DNA of 64,000 nucleotides from a virus (Duplodnaviria; Caudoviricetes): IMG/VR virus record IMGVR_UViG_3300024269_004845; one strand, 5' to 3'. Shown piece by piece: positions 30,086 to 40,376 of this stretch (position 1 is its first letter; each line of letters starts with the position of its first letter). The notes under the pieces were generated by a model. It saw only the letters and a program-made list of their open reading frames with translations, ran no database searches and was not told where the DNA came from. The position numbers and the translations under genes were made by a program.

Positions 30086-31021
30086 TTGATTGTTTGGGAT
30101 AGAGACTCTCAATATAAAACAAAACTTTCTCCTGAGGAAAGAGAAGATATTGCACTAAATATTTCTACTCCAAGGAGTATTAAAAAGGTCCAAAAGTTAA
30201 ACAATGTTATTAATTTTATTGTGCCTATTTTTGTATTTTGGATTTTTGGTTTTAATTTGATTGCTTTCGCTATTTCTTTTATTGTTTTTGATATTATTCT
30301 TTGTTTTGTTGACCAAATGACATATGTGATTTTGCCTTATCATAGAAGTAAAAATATGTCTTTGGATGCGGTTCAAAAAAGAATAGATGAATTAAAAAAG
30401 GAAAAAGATAAGATTTCTAAAGATTTAACCGAATTTAGGAAAACAGAATGTAGGGAATGCCGATATCATTACTATGATAACTGTACCGATTGCAAAGATG
30501 TAAGATTGGCAGTGTCTGAAATTCGTACATTAAATCAGTTTATTAAATCAGAAGAGGCTTATTTAAACAAAGAGCTAGAAAAAATCAAAGAAAAAGAAGT
30601 AGAAGCAAACAATAAAACGAGCAAAGATTATTCTGACAAAAAACAATATTTGATTGATATTAGGGATAAATTAAAATATTATAAGACAAAAAAAAATATG
30701 GAATTTTTGGCGCCTATTTTAAAGTCTATTAAAGTTTTGATTTCGACTTTGGAGAAGAAACCAATTGGATATACTTTGGTTTCTAATACTTTGTATATTT
30801 ATCTTGATGAATTACAAAAAATATTAGAAAAATTAATATCTTTAGATGATGAGAAGAAGGAAATTTATTTAAGAGATATTGAAAAAATATCCATTGCATT
30901 AAGCGAAAATATAAACAACTTGATTAATCGTATATCTAAGTTGGAAACTGAAGATATTGAAGTCAGTATCACTGTTTTATTAAATGAATTAAATAGAGAA
31001 GGAGAAGAAAAGAATGTTTAA
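30086..31021 (+). CDS. Membrane-anchored coiled-coil protein (XpaC-like TelA partner) with Cys cluster
   Basis: Two TM helices, CREC..CTDC, C-terminal DIEVSITVL typical of TelA-operon partners; position next to telA. Confidence 0.55.
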   Translation: MIVWDRDSQYKTKLSPEEREDIALNISTPRSIKKVQKLNNVINFIVPIFVFWIFGFNLIAFAISFIVFDIILCFVDQMTYVILPYHRSKNMSLDAVQKRIDELKKEKDKISKDLTEFRKTECRECRYHYYDNCTDCKDVRLAVSEIRTLNQFIKSEEAYLNKELEKIKEKEVEANNKTSKDYSDKKQYLIDIRDKLKYYKTKKNMEFLAPILKSIKVLISTLEKKPIGYTLVSNTLYIYLDELQKILEKLISLDDEKKEIYLRDIEKISIALSENINNLINRISKLETEDIEVSITVLLNELNREGEEKNV

Positions 31022-31952
31022 AGGACGAATCGGTATATGGATTAGTGTTCTTCTTTGTTGTTCTTTAATTACTGGATTAATTAAATGGGTACCTACTTGG
31101 TTCCAAGAATATGAAACAACCATTTCTATTGAAATTGATAAGGATGGAGATTTTAACGAACAAATATCTGACAAGCTTTTTGGGGATTTTAAAATGAGAA
31201 CCAGAAATTCTGGCGGGGATATTATTATTAGTGATAAGGGTAAAGATTTTGACGGCTATACAAAATATGAAAATATGCTGTATTCCCCTATTGTTATGTA
31301 TGTTGTAGCAGATATTTATGACCATCCCGATGGGTTTATTAAGGTTTCTAATAATTCCAACGCTTTTAAGGCTGACCTTTACAGTATTTTGGTAGGAATT
31401 GAAGACGGCAAAGAATGGAAGGACCTTGGAGTAAGTAATAAAATTGCAAAGGGTCCAGTAACCCTTTATATTCCAAATGAACAAAGTGGATATTATGACG
31501 ATGTAATTGATTTGTTTTATCTAACACTTAATAATGGGAATATTCCTTCAGAGGACGAAAAAGCGAATTTGGCAAATAGAGTTAATAACATCGTTTCTAA
31601 ATGCACTAAAGTTGTAGATATAACTCAGTCGGTTTATGATGAATTTAAAAACCCATCTACCAATCACAAGATATTTATTGGTCCCGAATTTTTATATCAG
31701 AGAGGTTCTGAAAGCTCTATGAGCAGAAATTATGACGATTCTTTTCAAATTGTCTATTTAACGAAGACCATTACTTTATACGCTGATATGTTTATTAAGG
31801 ACATGCAGACTGAGGAAGAAATAGATACTAGTTCGTTTATCGATGAAATTCAAGAAAACGGTAAATTTATGGATGTTACTGGTTGGAGAGTGCAGGATTC
31901 TACCTTTGATGTATCTGGTATAAGCTATGTTTATATAAAAGAACCGAATTAA
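31014..31952 (+). CDS. Extracellular solute-binding-like protein
   Basis: N-terminal TM; LYSPIVM, W.DLG and GWR segments resemble the SBPs of TelA/vWA operons. Confidence 0.5.
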   Translation: MFKGRIGIWISVLLCCSLITGLIKWVPTWFQEYETTISIEIDKDGDFNEQISDKLFGDFKMRTRNSGGDIIISDKGKDFDGYTKYENMLYSPIVMYVVADIYDHPDGFIKVSNNSNAFKADLYSILVGIEDGKEWKDLGVSNKIAKGPVTLYIPNEQSGYYDDVIDLFYLTLNNGNIPSEDEKANLANRVNNIVSKCTKVVDITQSVYDEFKNPSTNHKIFIGPEFLYQRGSESSMSRNYDDSFQIVYLTKTITLYADMFIKDMQTEEEIDTSSFIDEIQENGKFMDVTGWRVQDSTFDVSGISYVYIKEPN

Positions 31953-31957
31953 AAAGG

Positions 31958-31988
31958 AAAAACTCGCTTCTTGGGAAGCGAGTTTTTT
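31958..31988. terminator. Bidirectional terminator
   Basis: aaaaactcgcttc-ttgg-gaagcgagttttt. Confidence 0.85.
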
Positions 31989-31993
31989 GTTGC

Positions 31994-32935
31994 TTAATAG
32001 TAGAACATATCGTCATGGTGTCCGACAGTCTTTTCGCCACTGGAAGTCTCCTTATAGGCGACATTGTCCAAACTATCCATGAGTCGAGTGCACTGGCTAT
32101 CAACCATGTCAATCAGGTGCACAATATAGGCGTAGATGGTCTTAGCCTTTTCTTCGTACACGTGATGATGGCCACGGATTACTGAAAGCAGACGATAGAA
32201 AAAATCCTCATCATACAGAGATAGGATGTATTCCTTATTGTTGTACAGCAATTCGCAGCCCAGCTCACGGTGAGAAATGAAGCTGTTCTTGACGTATTGA
32301 CCCATATACAACTCGTCAATCTTACCCATGTCATGGAAGATGATGCCAGTATAAATGAGGTCCGAGAAAGGAATGAATCGAGGGTCATTCTCAATCATGG
32401 TCTTCGCCAGGCGCAACATTTTGACCGTGTGGTTAATTAGACCAGAAGGACAAGCGTCGTGCATACCCTTTGCGGCAAACTCAGTGCAGAAGCGTTCTCG
32501 AGTGTTACCAGTAATGATGTGGTTTACTAGCTCCTGAGCCTTCGCAGAAAGCACCGTCTTGACGAAGGTATCAAATTCTGCCTCAAGCTTGATTCTGTCG
32601 TGGCCAAGCAGAAAATCTGCAGGGCAATAACCGAAAATATCAGGTTCGATTTTATCCACAACAACACTGGCGGTATTGTTCCAAGTATCGATGGTACCAG
32701 CAATGCTGATAACCTTCTTGTCAGCCATGGACTTAAATTCCTCGATATGGTCGCTCCAAACCTTGAAAGGGAGAATCACTCCCTGGTCAGAGAACTGACC
32801 ACTGATAAATTGCTTGCCTGTAGAACCTGCCTTGATATCGAAGTTGTGGATATATACCACACCAGAAACCTTGGAGCCCTTCACAAGCTTGTTGTCTGCC
32901 ACCTGCTCGATGGTATCCTTAATGTTCATTTTCAT
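31994..32935 (-). CDS. yhaM: YhaM/CBF1-family 3'-5' exoribonuclease (OB fold + HD)
   Basis: OB fold, AA.GMHDA..SGL.NH, HDMGK, ISH, GHH, HLIDMVD. Confidence 0.85.
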   Translation of the reverse strand: MKMNIKDTIEQVADNKLVKGSKVSGVVYIHNFDIKAGSTGKQFISGQFSDQGVILPFKVWSDHIEEFKSMADKKVISIAGTIDTWNNTASVVVDKIEPDIFGYCPADFLLGHDRIKLEAEFDTFVKTVLSAKAQELVNHIITGNTRERFCTEFAAKGMHDACPSGLINHTVKMLRLAKTMIENDPRFIPFSDLIYTGIIFHDMGKIDELYMGQYVKNSFISHRELGCELLYNNKEYILSLYDEDFFYRLLSVIRGHHHVYEEKAKTIYAYIVHLIDMVDSQCTRLMDSLDNVAYKETSSGEKTVGHHDDMFYY

Positions 32936-33045
32936 ATTAAATTTCTCCTTCCATATATGTCTTTCCGACCATTTTGATTTGTTACTGAACATATTAAATT
33001 TTATGTTTTTTTTATTGAATATATAATACTAGAAATTTATTTCTA

Positions 33046-33074
33046 TTGATGTAAATGCCTAAATATGATATAAT
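33046..33074 (+). promoter_or_regulatory. sigmaA promoter
   Basis: TTGATG-N17-TATAAT with TG extension. Confidence 0.7.
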
Positions 33075-33100
33075 ATATATGATAAAAGGAGGTGTTAAAA

Positions 33101-33793
33101 ATGAAGTATATTATTAGTGATATACACGGTGAATATCAAATGTTCTTAAAAATGTTAGAGAAAATAAATTTTTCTAACAGTGATACTTTATATATATTGG
33201 GTGATGTTGTTGACAGGGGACCAGAACCTATAAAGGTTTTGCAATATATAATTGATAAGCCTAATATTATTTTAATTAGGGGTAATCATGAACAAATGAT
33301 GTTGGACGCCATTTGTTTGTCTAAAGACAAAAAAGAATATGTATCTACTATTAATTCTAGGCTGTGGATGAGAAATGGTGGATTTGTTACGGTCGACCAA
33401 TTTTTGAATTTGCCATTCGAGGAACAGAAAAAGATTTATAAGTACATTGGAGGTACAGAATTATTTAAAATTGTTGATAAAAATTTATTGGTTCATGCAG
33501 GAATTCCAATGTATAAGTTTGATTATAAAGATGATGAGGAATTATCGCTGGCGATGAAAAAAGCAAATAAAGATTATTTGCTTTGGGATAGAGATATGGT
33601 ATATAATGATGAATTTTTTTTAGATAATTATCATATTTATATTGGGCATACACCAACACTTAAGTTACATGATACTAATAAAATATATAAGACAATGGGG
33701 TTCACACTTATTGATGGGGGAGCATGCTTTGCTCCTGGAGTATTAATATGTGTGTGTCTTGATAACAATAATGTTTATTATCAAGAAAAATAA
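33101..33793 (+). CDS. PPP-family Ser/Thr protein phosphatase (lambda-phosphatase/PrpA-like)
   Basis: DIHG, GDVVDRG, RGNHE, HAG, GHTP, IDGG. Confidence 0.92.
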   Translation: MKYIISDIHGEYQMFLKMLEKINFSNSDTLYILGDVVDRGPEPIKVLQYIIDKPNIILIRGNHEQMMLDAICLSKDKKEYVSTINSRLWMRNGGFVTVDQFLNLPFEEQKKIYKYIGGTELFKIVDKNLLVHAGIPMYKFDYKDDEELSLAMKKANKDYLLWDRDMVYNDEFFLDNYHIYIGHTPTLKLHDTNKIYKTMGFTLIDGGACFAPGVLICVCLDNNNVYYQEK

Positions 33794-33987
33794 CATATAG
33801 TTATTATTATTTTGTAAATAATTAACTATTTATATAAGTATTTTTTATACAATTTATACATATATAATTATTAGATAAGACATTTTTTATCTTTACTTAT
33901 CTTTTTATATGTGTATAATATAATTGTATCAAAAAATGATACCATTTTAAAAATTTAGATTTATTTTTTTTAAAGGAGCGAATTAAA

Positions 33988-34926
33988 ATGAATAAGAAAA
34001 TTACTTCAGCATTAGTATTAACTATGGCCGCAACAATGTCTCTTGGACTTGTTGGATGCGGTAATAAGACAGAGGAAAAGCCCCCTGTGGATAATCCTCC
34101 TGTAGTAGAGGACCAGAACACTCCTTCTACACCAGAAGTTGAAACTCCTGGTACGGAAACTCCTGACGTTGAAACCCCTGAGGTAGTAAGCGTTTCTATG
34201 GATGATGTAGTTAATACTTTGAAGAACACTTACGGTGAGAGATATCTTCCTAGCATGCCTCTTGACCAGGACACCTTCAACATGATGGTTGGTCTAACTT
34301 CTGACATGTACAGCGAATTCTATGCAGAAATGCCTATGATGAGCACTCATGCTGATAGACTTTTCATCGTTAAGACTGACAAGGTAGACGATGTTAAGGC
34401 AGTATTTGATACTTATAAGCAGAGTCTAATTGATGACACTATGCAGTATCCTATGAATATTGCCAAGATTGAAAACTCTGAGGTTTATGTAAAGAATGAT
34501 TATGTAATGTTCTTTATGCTTGGTGGTTATACCGATGAGGAGCCTGCTGGCGCTGAAAACATGACTCCTGAACAGGTTGAAGAAGCTGTTGAAGCTATGC
34601 AGACTGCATATTATGTTGAACAAATGGGTTATGGTTTAAATGCTCTTGATAAGCTATTCCTTGACGGTATAGTTCCTGAGCCTACTGCACCCGAAGTTAC
34701 AGATGAAACCGTTACAGACGAAACTGTTACTGAGGAGAATACCGAAGTGGCAGAAGGAGAAGATGTCAATACTGCTGAACCAGTAGCTGACGTTGTCGAT
34801 GAAACTTCCACTGAAGTTGATGGCACCGTTACCGATGGTGAACCTACTGAAGGTTCCGAAGAGAATACTACTGAAGAAGCATCTGATGTAGAAACTCCTG
34901 CTGAAGAAGTAACTGCTAACAACTAA
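33988..34926 (+). CDS. DUF4358-type lipoprotein with acidic low-complexity tails
   Basis: Lipobox LVGC; core PMMS.HAD...QYP.N..K; ETP and VTDET repeats; sits directly upstream of the MBOAT gene. Confidence 0.75.
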   Translation: MNKKITSALVLTMAATMSLGLVGCGNKTEEKPPVDNPPVVEDQNTPSTPEVETPGTETPDVETPEVVSVSMDDVVNTLKNTYGERYLPSMPLDQDTFNMMVGLTSDMYSEFYAEMPMMSTHADRLFIVKTDKVDDVKAVFDTYKQSLIDDTMQYPMNIAKIENSEVYVKNDYVMFFMLGGYTDEEPAGAENMTPEQVEEAVEAMQTAYYVEQMGYGLNALDKLFLDGIVPEPTAPEVTDETVTDETVTEENTEVAEGEDVNTAEPVADVVDETSTEVDGTVTDGEPTEGSEENTTEEASDVETPAEEVTANN

Positions 34927-35005
34927 TTAAATTTAGTGGAAGGTTAACAAGAAACCTTCCACTATTTTTTTGTCTAAAATAAAATTTAAAGAGGTGAAAA
35001 GAAAC

Positions 35006-36415
35006 ATGGTTTTCAGTAGTCTCGTATTTTTATTTAGGTTCTTGCCTTTGTTTTTGCTTTGCTATTTTCTCGTTCCTGAGAAATATATAAAAACTAGAAA
35101 TTTAGTTTTGTTCTTATTTAGTTTAGTCTTTTATGCTTGGGGAGAGCCTATATATATATGCTTAATGATATTCTCAACGGTATTTGACTATATAAACGGG
35201 TTACTGATTGAGAAATTTGGAGCGGGCTCTAAGAACTCTAAAATGGTATTGATTGTCTCGTTAATAGGGAATTTGGGGTTATTAGGGGTTTTTAAATATA
35301 CAGACTTTATATTATCATCAATAAATTCCGTATTGGGGACATCTATTCCTATGGTTGGATTAGCTCTACCCATTGGCATTTCATTCTATACATTCCAAAC
35401 TTTATCCTATACGATAGATGTTTATCGAGGTGTAGTACCTGCTCAACATAATATTATAAGTTTTGGTGCTTATGTTGCAATGTTTCCTCAGTTAATTGCT
35501 GGTCCGATTGTTCAATTTAAAACGGTTGCAAAGGAACTCAATGAAAGAAAACATACTTGGGATAATTTTTATGTTGGAGTACGTAGATTTTGTATTGGGT
35601 TTACTAAAAAAGCGCTATTAGCCAATAATATTGGCTTTATATGGAGCGAAATATTGAAAAATTATCAAGAGGCTTCCATATTGACTTTATGGCTGGGCAT
35701 AGTTTGTTTTGCATTACAAATTTACTTCGACTTTAGTGGATATAGTGATATGGCTATTGGGCTTGGTAAAATGTGTGGGTTTACATTTCTTGAGAACTTT
35801 AATTATCCATACGTATCAAAGAGTATTACTGAGTTCTGGCGTCGTTGGCATATCAGTTTAGGCAGTTGGTTTAGAGATAATGTGTATATTCCTCTGGGAG
35901 GGAATAGAAAAGGTTATAAGAGGCAGATTTTAAATCTTGCTATTGTATGGTTATTAACTGGTTTTTGGCATGGCGCAAATTGGAATTATGTCTTGTGGGG
36001 TATATATTACGGAGCGCTTATAATTATCGAAAAGGTATTTTTGTTAAAAAAACTAGAAAAAATGCCAGCGATAATTAGTCATATATATACATTGTTTATA
36101 GTTCTTATCGGGTGGGCATTATTTGCGATTGAAGACTTTTCTATATTGGGTAATTATATGGCTGGTATGTTTGGTGCTAGTGGGTTAGCATTTATTGATA
36201 ATCAGTTCGTATATTATTTGCAAAATTATGGGATTTTGTTAATAATCGGAATGCTTGCTAGTATTGAAGTTTTTAAAATTAAAGAAACACAACTAAAACA
36301 AAAACACATTTGGATTGAAAATCTTGAAAACGTCGCAATTATTGCAATGTTTGTTATTAGTTTGGCAATGATTGTAAGTTCTACTTACAATCCATTCTTG
36401 TACTTTAGATTCTAA
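35006..36415 (+). CDS. MBOAT O-acyltransferase (AlgI/DltB/PatA-like)
   Basis: MVFSS..FLF, LPIGISFYTFQ, FPQLIAGPI, DFSGYSD, FWRRWHISL, WHGA, NPFLYFRF. Confidence 0.95.
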   Translation: MVFSSLVFLFRFLPLFLLCYFLVPEKYIKTRNLVLFLFSLVFYAWGEPIYICLMIFSTVFDYINGLLIEKFGAGSKNSKMVLIVSLIGNLGLLGVFKYTDFILSSINSVLGTSIPMVGLALPIGISFYTFQTLSYTIDVYRGVVPAQHNIISFGAYVAMFPQLIAGPIVQFKTVAKELNERKHTWDNFYVGVRRFCIGFTKKALLANNIGFIWSEILKNYQEASILTLWLGIVCFALQIYFDFSGYSDMAIGLGKMCGFTFLENFNYPYVSKSITEFWRRWHISLGSWFRDNVYIPLGGNRKGYKRQILNLAIVWLLTGFWHGANWNYVLWGIYYGALIIIEKVFLLKKLEKMPAIISHIYTLFIVLIGWALFAIEDFSILGNYMAGMFGASGLAFIDNQFVYYLQNYGILLIIGMLASIEVFKIKETQLKQKHIWIENLENVAIIAMFVISLAMIVSSTYNPFLYFRF

Positions 36416-36430
36416 AAGGGGGGATATAAG

Positions 36431-37549
36431 ATGAAGCAAAAAATAGTTAGTTCATTGTTCTTGTTTGTGGTATTTGGATTTTTCATTGTTAGTTTTATTA
36501 TCCCTGATAAAGATTTTTCATATAACGAAAACAGAGAATTAGCTCAGAAACCTGAATTAAGTATTGAAAATATTTTCAGCGGAAAGTTTATGGAAGAATT
36601 TGAAAGTTATGTAACTGACCAAGTATATTTGAGAGATGAGTTTGTTACATTTAGTACAAATATTAAATTATTACTTGGGCAAAAAGAAATTAATGGGGTT
36701 TATTTTTCCAACAATTATTTTGTTGAAAAATTTCAAGAAACTGATATTGATATCGAATTATTAAATAAATCCAAAGAATTTATTTCTACATTTTTGAAAA
36801 ATCATTCCAATGCTAAAATTGCAATTATTCCTACCGCTGGTGGGGTAGTAGATGGATTGTATCCAAAATATTCAAACAACGTAAATCAAGAAGAATTAAT
36901 AAAAGAAATTTATAATTCTGTTGGTTCTGCTCAGAGCATTGACATCTTTGAATATTTAAAAAATCATCAAGAAGAAAACATATATTACAGGACGGACCAC
37001 CATTGGACAACGTTGGGGGCATATTACGGCTATGAGGCTATTATGGATGCTTTTGGCATGGAGATTATAGGGTTAGATAAATACAACAAAGAAGTCGTAG
37101 ATAATAAATTTCAGGGGACTATACAATCTAAAGTGAATTATGATATTGGTTATGATGAGATTATCAAATATGTTCCCACTTTTGAAGTAGATTATTTAAT
37201 GACTTTGAATGAAGACAAGAGTACTGAAACAAATTCTTTGTATGATGAAAAGAAATTAACTAGCAAGGAGAAATATGCAGTATTTCTTGGTGGAAACAAC
37301 GCTGCAACCAGGATAAAAAATGCATCGGTTGAGAACAATAAAAAAATATTAATTATTAAGGATTCTTATAGTCATTGTATGACACCTTTTATTGTCAATA
37401 ATTATTCGGAAGTGCTTCTATTAGATATGCGATATTTTATGGGAGGCATAGATACTTTCCTTAATGGCGAAGAATTTGATGATATTTTAATTATGTATAA
37501 TTTAAAGAACCTAGTAGAAGATAGAAATTTAATTCGATTGAATAAATAA
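36431..37549 (+). CDS. DHHW-family (AlgJ/AlgX-like SGNH) acyl-transfer protein
   Basis: ENR.LAQ.P, YYRTDHHWT, IKDSY motifs; N-terminal TM. Confidence 0.9.
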   Translation: MKQKIVSSLFLFVVFGFFIVSFIIPDKDFSYNENRELAQKPELSIENIFSGKFMEEFESYVTDQVYLRDEFVTFSTNIKLLLGQKEINGVYFSNNYFVEKFQETDIDIELLNKSKEFISTFLKNHSNAKIAIIPTAGGVVDGLYPKYSNNVNQEELIKEIYNSVGSAQSIDIFEYLKNHQEENIYYRTDHHWTTLGAYYGYEAIMDAFGMEIIGLDKYNKEVVDNKFQGTIQSKVNYDIGYDEIIKYVPTFEVDYLMTLNEDKSTETNSLYDEKKLTSKEKYAVFLGGNNAATRIKNASVENNKKILIIKDSYSHCMTPFIVNNYSEVLLLDMRYFMGGIDTFLNGEEFDDILIMYNLKNLVEDRNLIRLNK

Positions 37550-37550
37550 C

Positions 37551-37582
37551 AAAAAAGCCATTGGATATCCAATGGCTTTTTT
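37551..37582. terminator. Bidirectional terminator
   Basis: aaaaaagccattgga-ta-tccaatggctttttt. Confidence 0.8.
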
Positions 37583-37583
37583 G

Positions 37584-38237
37584 TTATTTTGTTGTTGTAT
37601 AGCACCAGCTTTGTGGAGCCTTTTTAATTGGTTCGTTTTGTGCATTTAAAAATTCAGTAATTGGAACTGGAGTTTTGAATTGTACTGGCGAGGAAACTTC
37701 GAAAACATAAGAATAATGACTTTCACAGCAATCATTGTAATAACCAATGTTTTCTAGCCAACTATCACATTCGCTAATTATTTTTTCTGAATTTTTCTTA
37801 TTCTTTATAAAGGTTTTATCCATATATTCTTTTATTCCAAGCTCTGGCATATCATGGTTTTTCTCCATATAATCGAGAACCTCTGAACAATACATATATG
37901 AGTAGACAATATCCTGATAATGATGGTCCATTACAATATTTGCACATTTGTTTATTAGTTTGTAAAGTTCTTCGTCCTTTTTTATTTCTTTTGCCCAATA
38001 TTCTATAAAAGAAGTATATCCACATCGACCACATTTAGGAATTTTATATGCGTTTTTTAATGTGAAGTATCCTACGACCATTTTCTTCCCAAGATTTCGA
38101 TATGTTTCATAAATAAAAATCTTATCTCCTGGGTTTAAGTTTTTAGGTAAGCTGTTTCTAAATTCTAATGTTTTTTCACCTGAAAATATTTTATTTGCCC
38201 AAACATTATGAATTGAAATTATAATATTCATAGACAT
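37584..38237 (-). CDS. ASCH/PUA-domain protein
   Basis: ISIH..WA.KI.SGEKTLEFR, IYET, and C-terminal KAPQSWCY. Confidence 0.8.
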   Translation of the reverse strand: MSMNIIISIHNVWANKIFSGEKTLEFRNSLPKNLNPGDKIFIYETYRNLGKKMVVGYFTLKNAYKIPKCGRCGYTSFIEYWAKEIKKDEELYKLINKCANIVMDHHYQDIVYSYMYCSEVLDYMEKNHDMPELGIKEYMDKTFIKNKKNSEKIISECDSWLENIGYYNDCCESHYSYVFEVSSPVQFKTPVPITEFLNAQNEPIKKAPQSWCYTTTK

Positions 38238-38331
38238 TTTTTCCTTTCCTATTAACATTTATGATTGTTTTGCTCTATTATTTTTTTGTGATAAAAAATC
38301 CCGACTGCGAAAAGCAGTCGGGATTGTGTTT

Positions 38332-40164
38332 TTATTCAATCGCTGCACAATCACTAACGACGGTATCGAAACTATTTTCGATTATTTCGCCATTAATTAG
38401 GGCATCAAGCTCCGCACCATCAATGCTCTCTTTTTCAATTAAGCGGTTTGCAATGCGCTCAAGGGTGGATTCATTTGCTTTTAATAGGTCGATTGTCTCT
38501 TGATATAAGGTGGTAGCCATTCTAGAAGCTTCTGAAAGAATATCTTTGTCCGTATTTTCAAATTGGTCAAGAGCTAACATACCATTATCACCCATACCAT
38601 AAGTACCGATATAGTCCTTAATTAAGTTGGTAGCCTGCTTAATATCCTGGCTTGCGCCCGTAGTAATTTCGTCATCATCCTTTAAAAGGATATATTCAGC
38701 AGCACGACCTGCGTACATAACCTTTATTAAGTTGCGCAGGTATTTCTTACTTTGGACAGCTTTTTCCTTGGGGCTTCTAAAAGTGACTCCACCTGCTCCA
38801 GATGTGGAACCAACGATTGTTACAGAAGGAACATCGTCATCAGTTAGTAGCTTTGTGGCTAAAGCATGACCAGATTCGTGATATGCAATCAGGCGATTTT
38901 CTGCAGAATCACGCTTGCTTTGCTTCTTGTTACCACGCATGACAATCTGGAAAAAGGCATCTTCTATGTGCTCGGAAGAAATAACTTTTGCTTTCTTGCT
39001 AATAGCAATAAGTGCAGATTCATTAAGAAGACCTTCCAGTTCAGCGCCACTAAATCCCATGGTTTTATCAGATAGATTGTGTAGGTCAACACCGCTATCA
39101 AGCTTTTTATTTTTCGCATGACGAGCAAGAATTTCATATCTTCCCTGTTTGTCAGGTAGAGGAACGGCTAGCTGCTTATCGAAACGACCAGGACGAATTA
39201 GAGCGCTATCCAACATGTCTAGGCGGTTCGTGGCACAAATGGTCAGAATGCCTTCCTTGCCTTTAAAACCGTCTAGCTCAGTTAGTAAAGCGTTGATAGT
39301 CTGGTCTCGTTCGCTATTCTGAGATAGACCACGCTTACCACCAATAGCATCAATTTCGTCGATAAAAACAATACAAGGAGCGATTTTGCGAGCCTGAGCG
39401 TATAGATTACGAATACGCTGAGCGCCAACACCGACATACATTTCAATAAAGTCGGAGCCGCTTGCACTTAAGAATGGTACTCCAGCACTTCCAGCAATGG
39501 CCTTGGCAATTAGAGTCTTACCAGTTCCAGGAGGGCCATATAGAACGATACCCTTAGGCATTCTAGCACCCATTTCAGTAAGTAGGGATGGATTCTTTAG
39601 ACATTCAATATCGTTTTGAACACTAGCCTTTAATTCATCGCAACCGCTTACATCGTCAAATGTTACATTTGGCTTTTCGGCAACAACTGCACCATTATTG
39701 GTCCCTCCTCGTTCTTTCTGCTGTAGCATGTCAATGTTCTTCATTGCAGAATCGGTCATTTTGCCAAGACCTGCCATAATAATGGCGGTTACAAGACCAA
39801 ACGCACCAAGCACAAGAAGCACAACAGTTAATGGAGACATACCACTGGAAGAGGTAATGACCTGTTCAACTTCGGCTAGTTCATTAAGTTCAAGAAGAGG
39901 GGTTAATTCTTCATTATATTCTAAAACCTTATAATGGCCTGCTTCAGTTTTGTAATAAGCAGTAGAACCATCAATTACAACTTTAATAACTTCTCCATTA
40001 TTTACCTGGCTCAGAAGAGTTTCATTAGTAACAGATTCGTACTTGACAAAAGGTTCTGGCGTTACTGCAAAATGGTTAAATGCAGAGTTAATAAGGAATG
40101 TCAAACAAATGGTGATAGTTAAAAAAGTAATTAGAGATACACCCGTGTTTTTATTAGTTTGCAT
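38332..40164 (-). CDS. ftsH: ATP-dependent zinc metalloprotease FtsH
   Basis: Two TM helices, GPPGTGKT, IDEIDA, SRH (RPGRFD), HESGH zinc motif. Start re-called to MQTNK after GAGGAGG. Confidence 0.95.
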   Translation of the reverse strand: MQTNKNTGVSLITFLTITICLTFLINSAFNHFAVTPEPFVKYESVTNETLLSQVNNGEVIKVVIDGSTAYYKTEAGHYKVLEYNEELTPLLELNELAEVEQVITSSSGMSPLTVVLLVLGAFGLVTAIIMAGLGKMTDSAMKNIDMLQQKERGGTNNGAVVAEKPNVTFDDVSGCDELKASVQNDIECLKNPSLLTEMGARMPKGIVLYGPPGTGKTLIAKAIAGSAGVPFLSASGSDFIEMYVGVGAQRIRNLYAQARKIAPCIVFIDEIDAIGGKRGLSQNSERDQTINALLTELDGFKGKEGILTICATNRLDMLDSALIRPGRFDKQLAVPLPDKQGRYEILARHAKNKKLDSGVDLHNLSDKTMGFSGAELEGLLNESALIAISKKAKVISSEHIEDAFFQIVMRGNKKQSKRDSAENRLIAYHESGHALATKLLTDDDVPSVTIVGSTSGAGGVTFRSPKEKAVQSKKYLRNLIKVMYAGRAAEYILLKDDDEITTGASQDIKQATNLIKDYIGTYGMGDNGMLALDQFENTDKDILSEASRMATTLYQETIDLLKANESTLERIANRLIEKESIDGAELDALINGEIIENSFDTVVSDCAAIE

Positions 40165-40289
40165 GTTAATCCTCCTCAAATAATCTAAATATATAATAAC
40201 ATATTTTTGATAAAATATCAAGGTTTGTGCAAATATTTCTTTAGATATTTTATGAAAAATAAAAAGTAGTAATTCGTCGTTTTTGCATA

Positions 40290-40318
40290 TAGACAAATTA
40301 GAAAAAATATGATATAAT
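40290..40318 (+). promoter_or_regulatory. sigmaA promoter
   Basis: TAGACA-N17-TATAAT with TG extension. Confidence 0.7.
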
Positions 40319-40376
40319 ATAAATAGAAATAAAAAATTTCTAACAATTAAATACCGTTATAGAAAGGTGGAATTTT

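Noticed and set aside
34120-34926. Short direct repeats (gaaactcct, gttacagacgaaac)
   Set aside because: They are coding repeats of ETP/VTDET low-complexity linkers, not an array or iteron.
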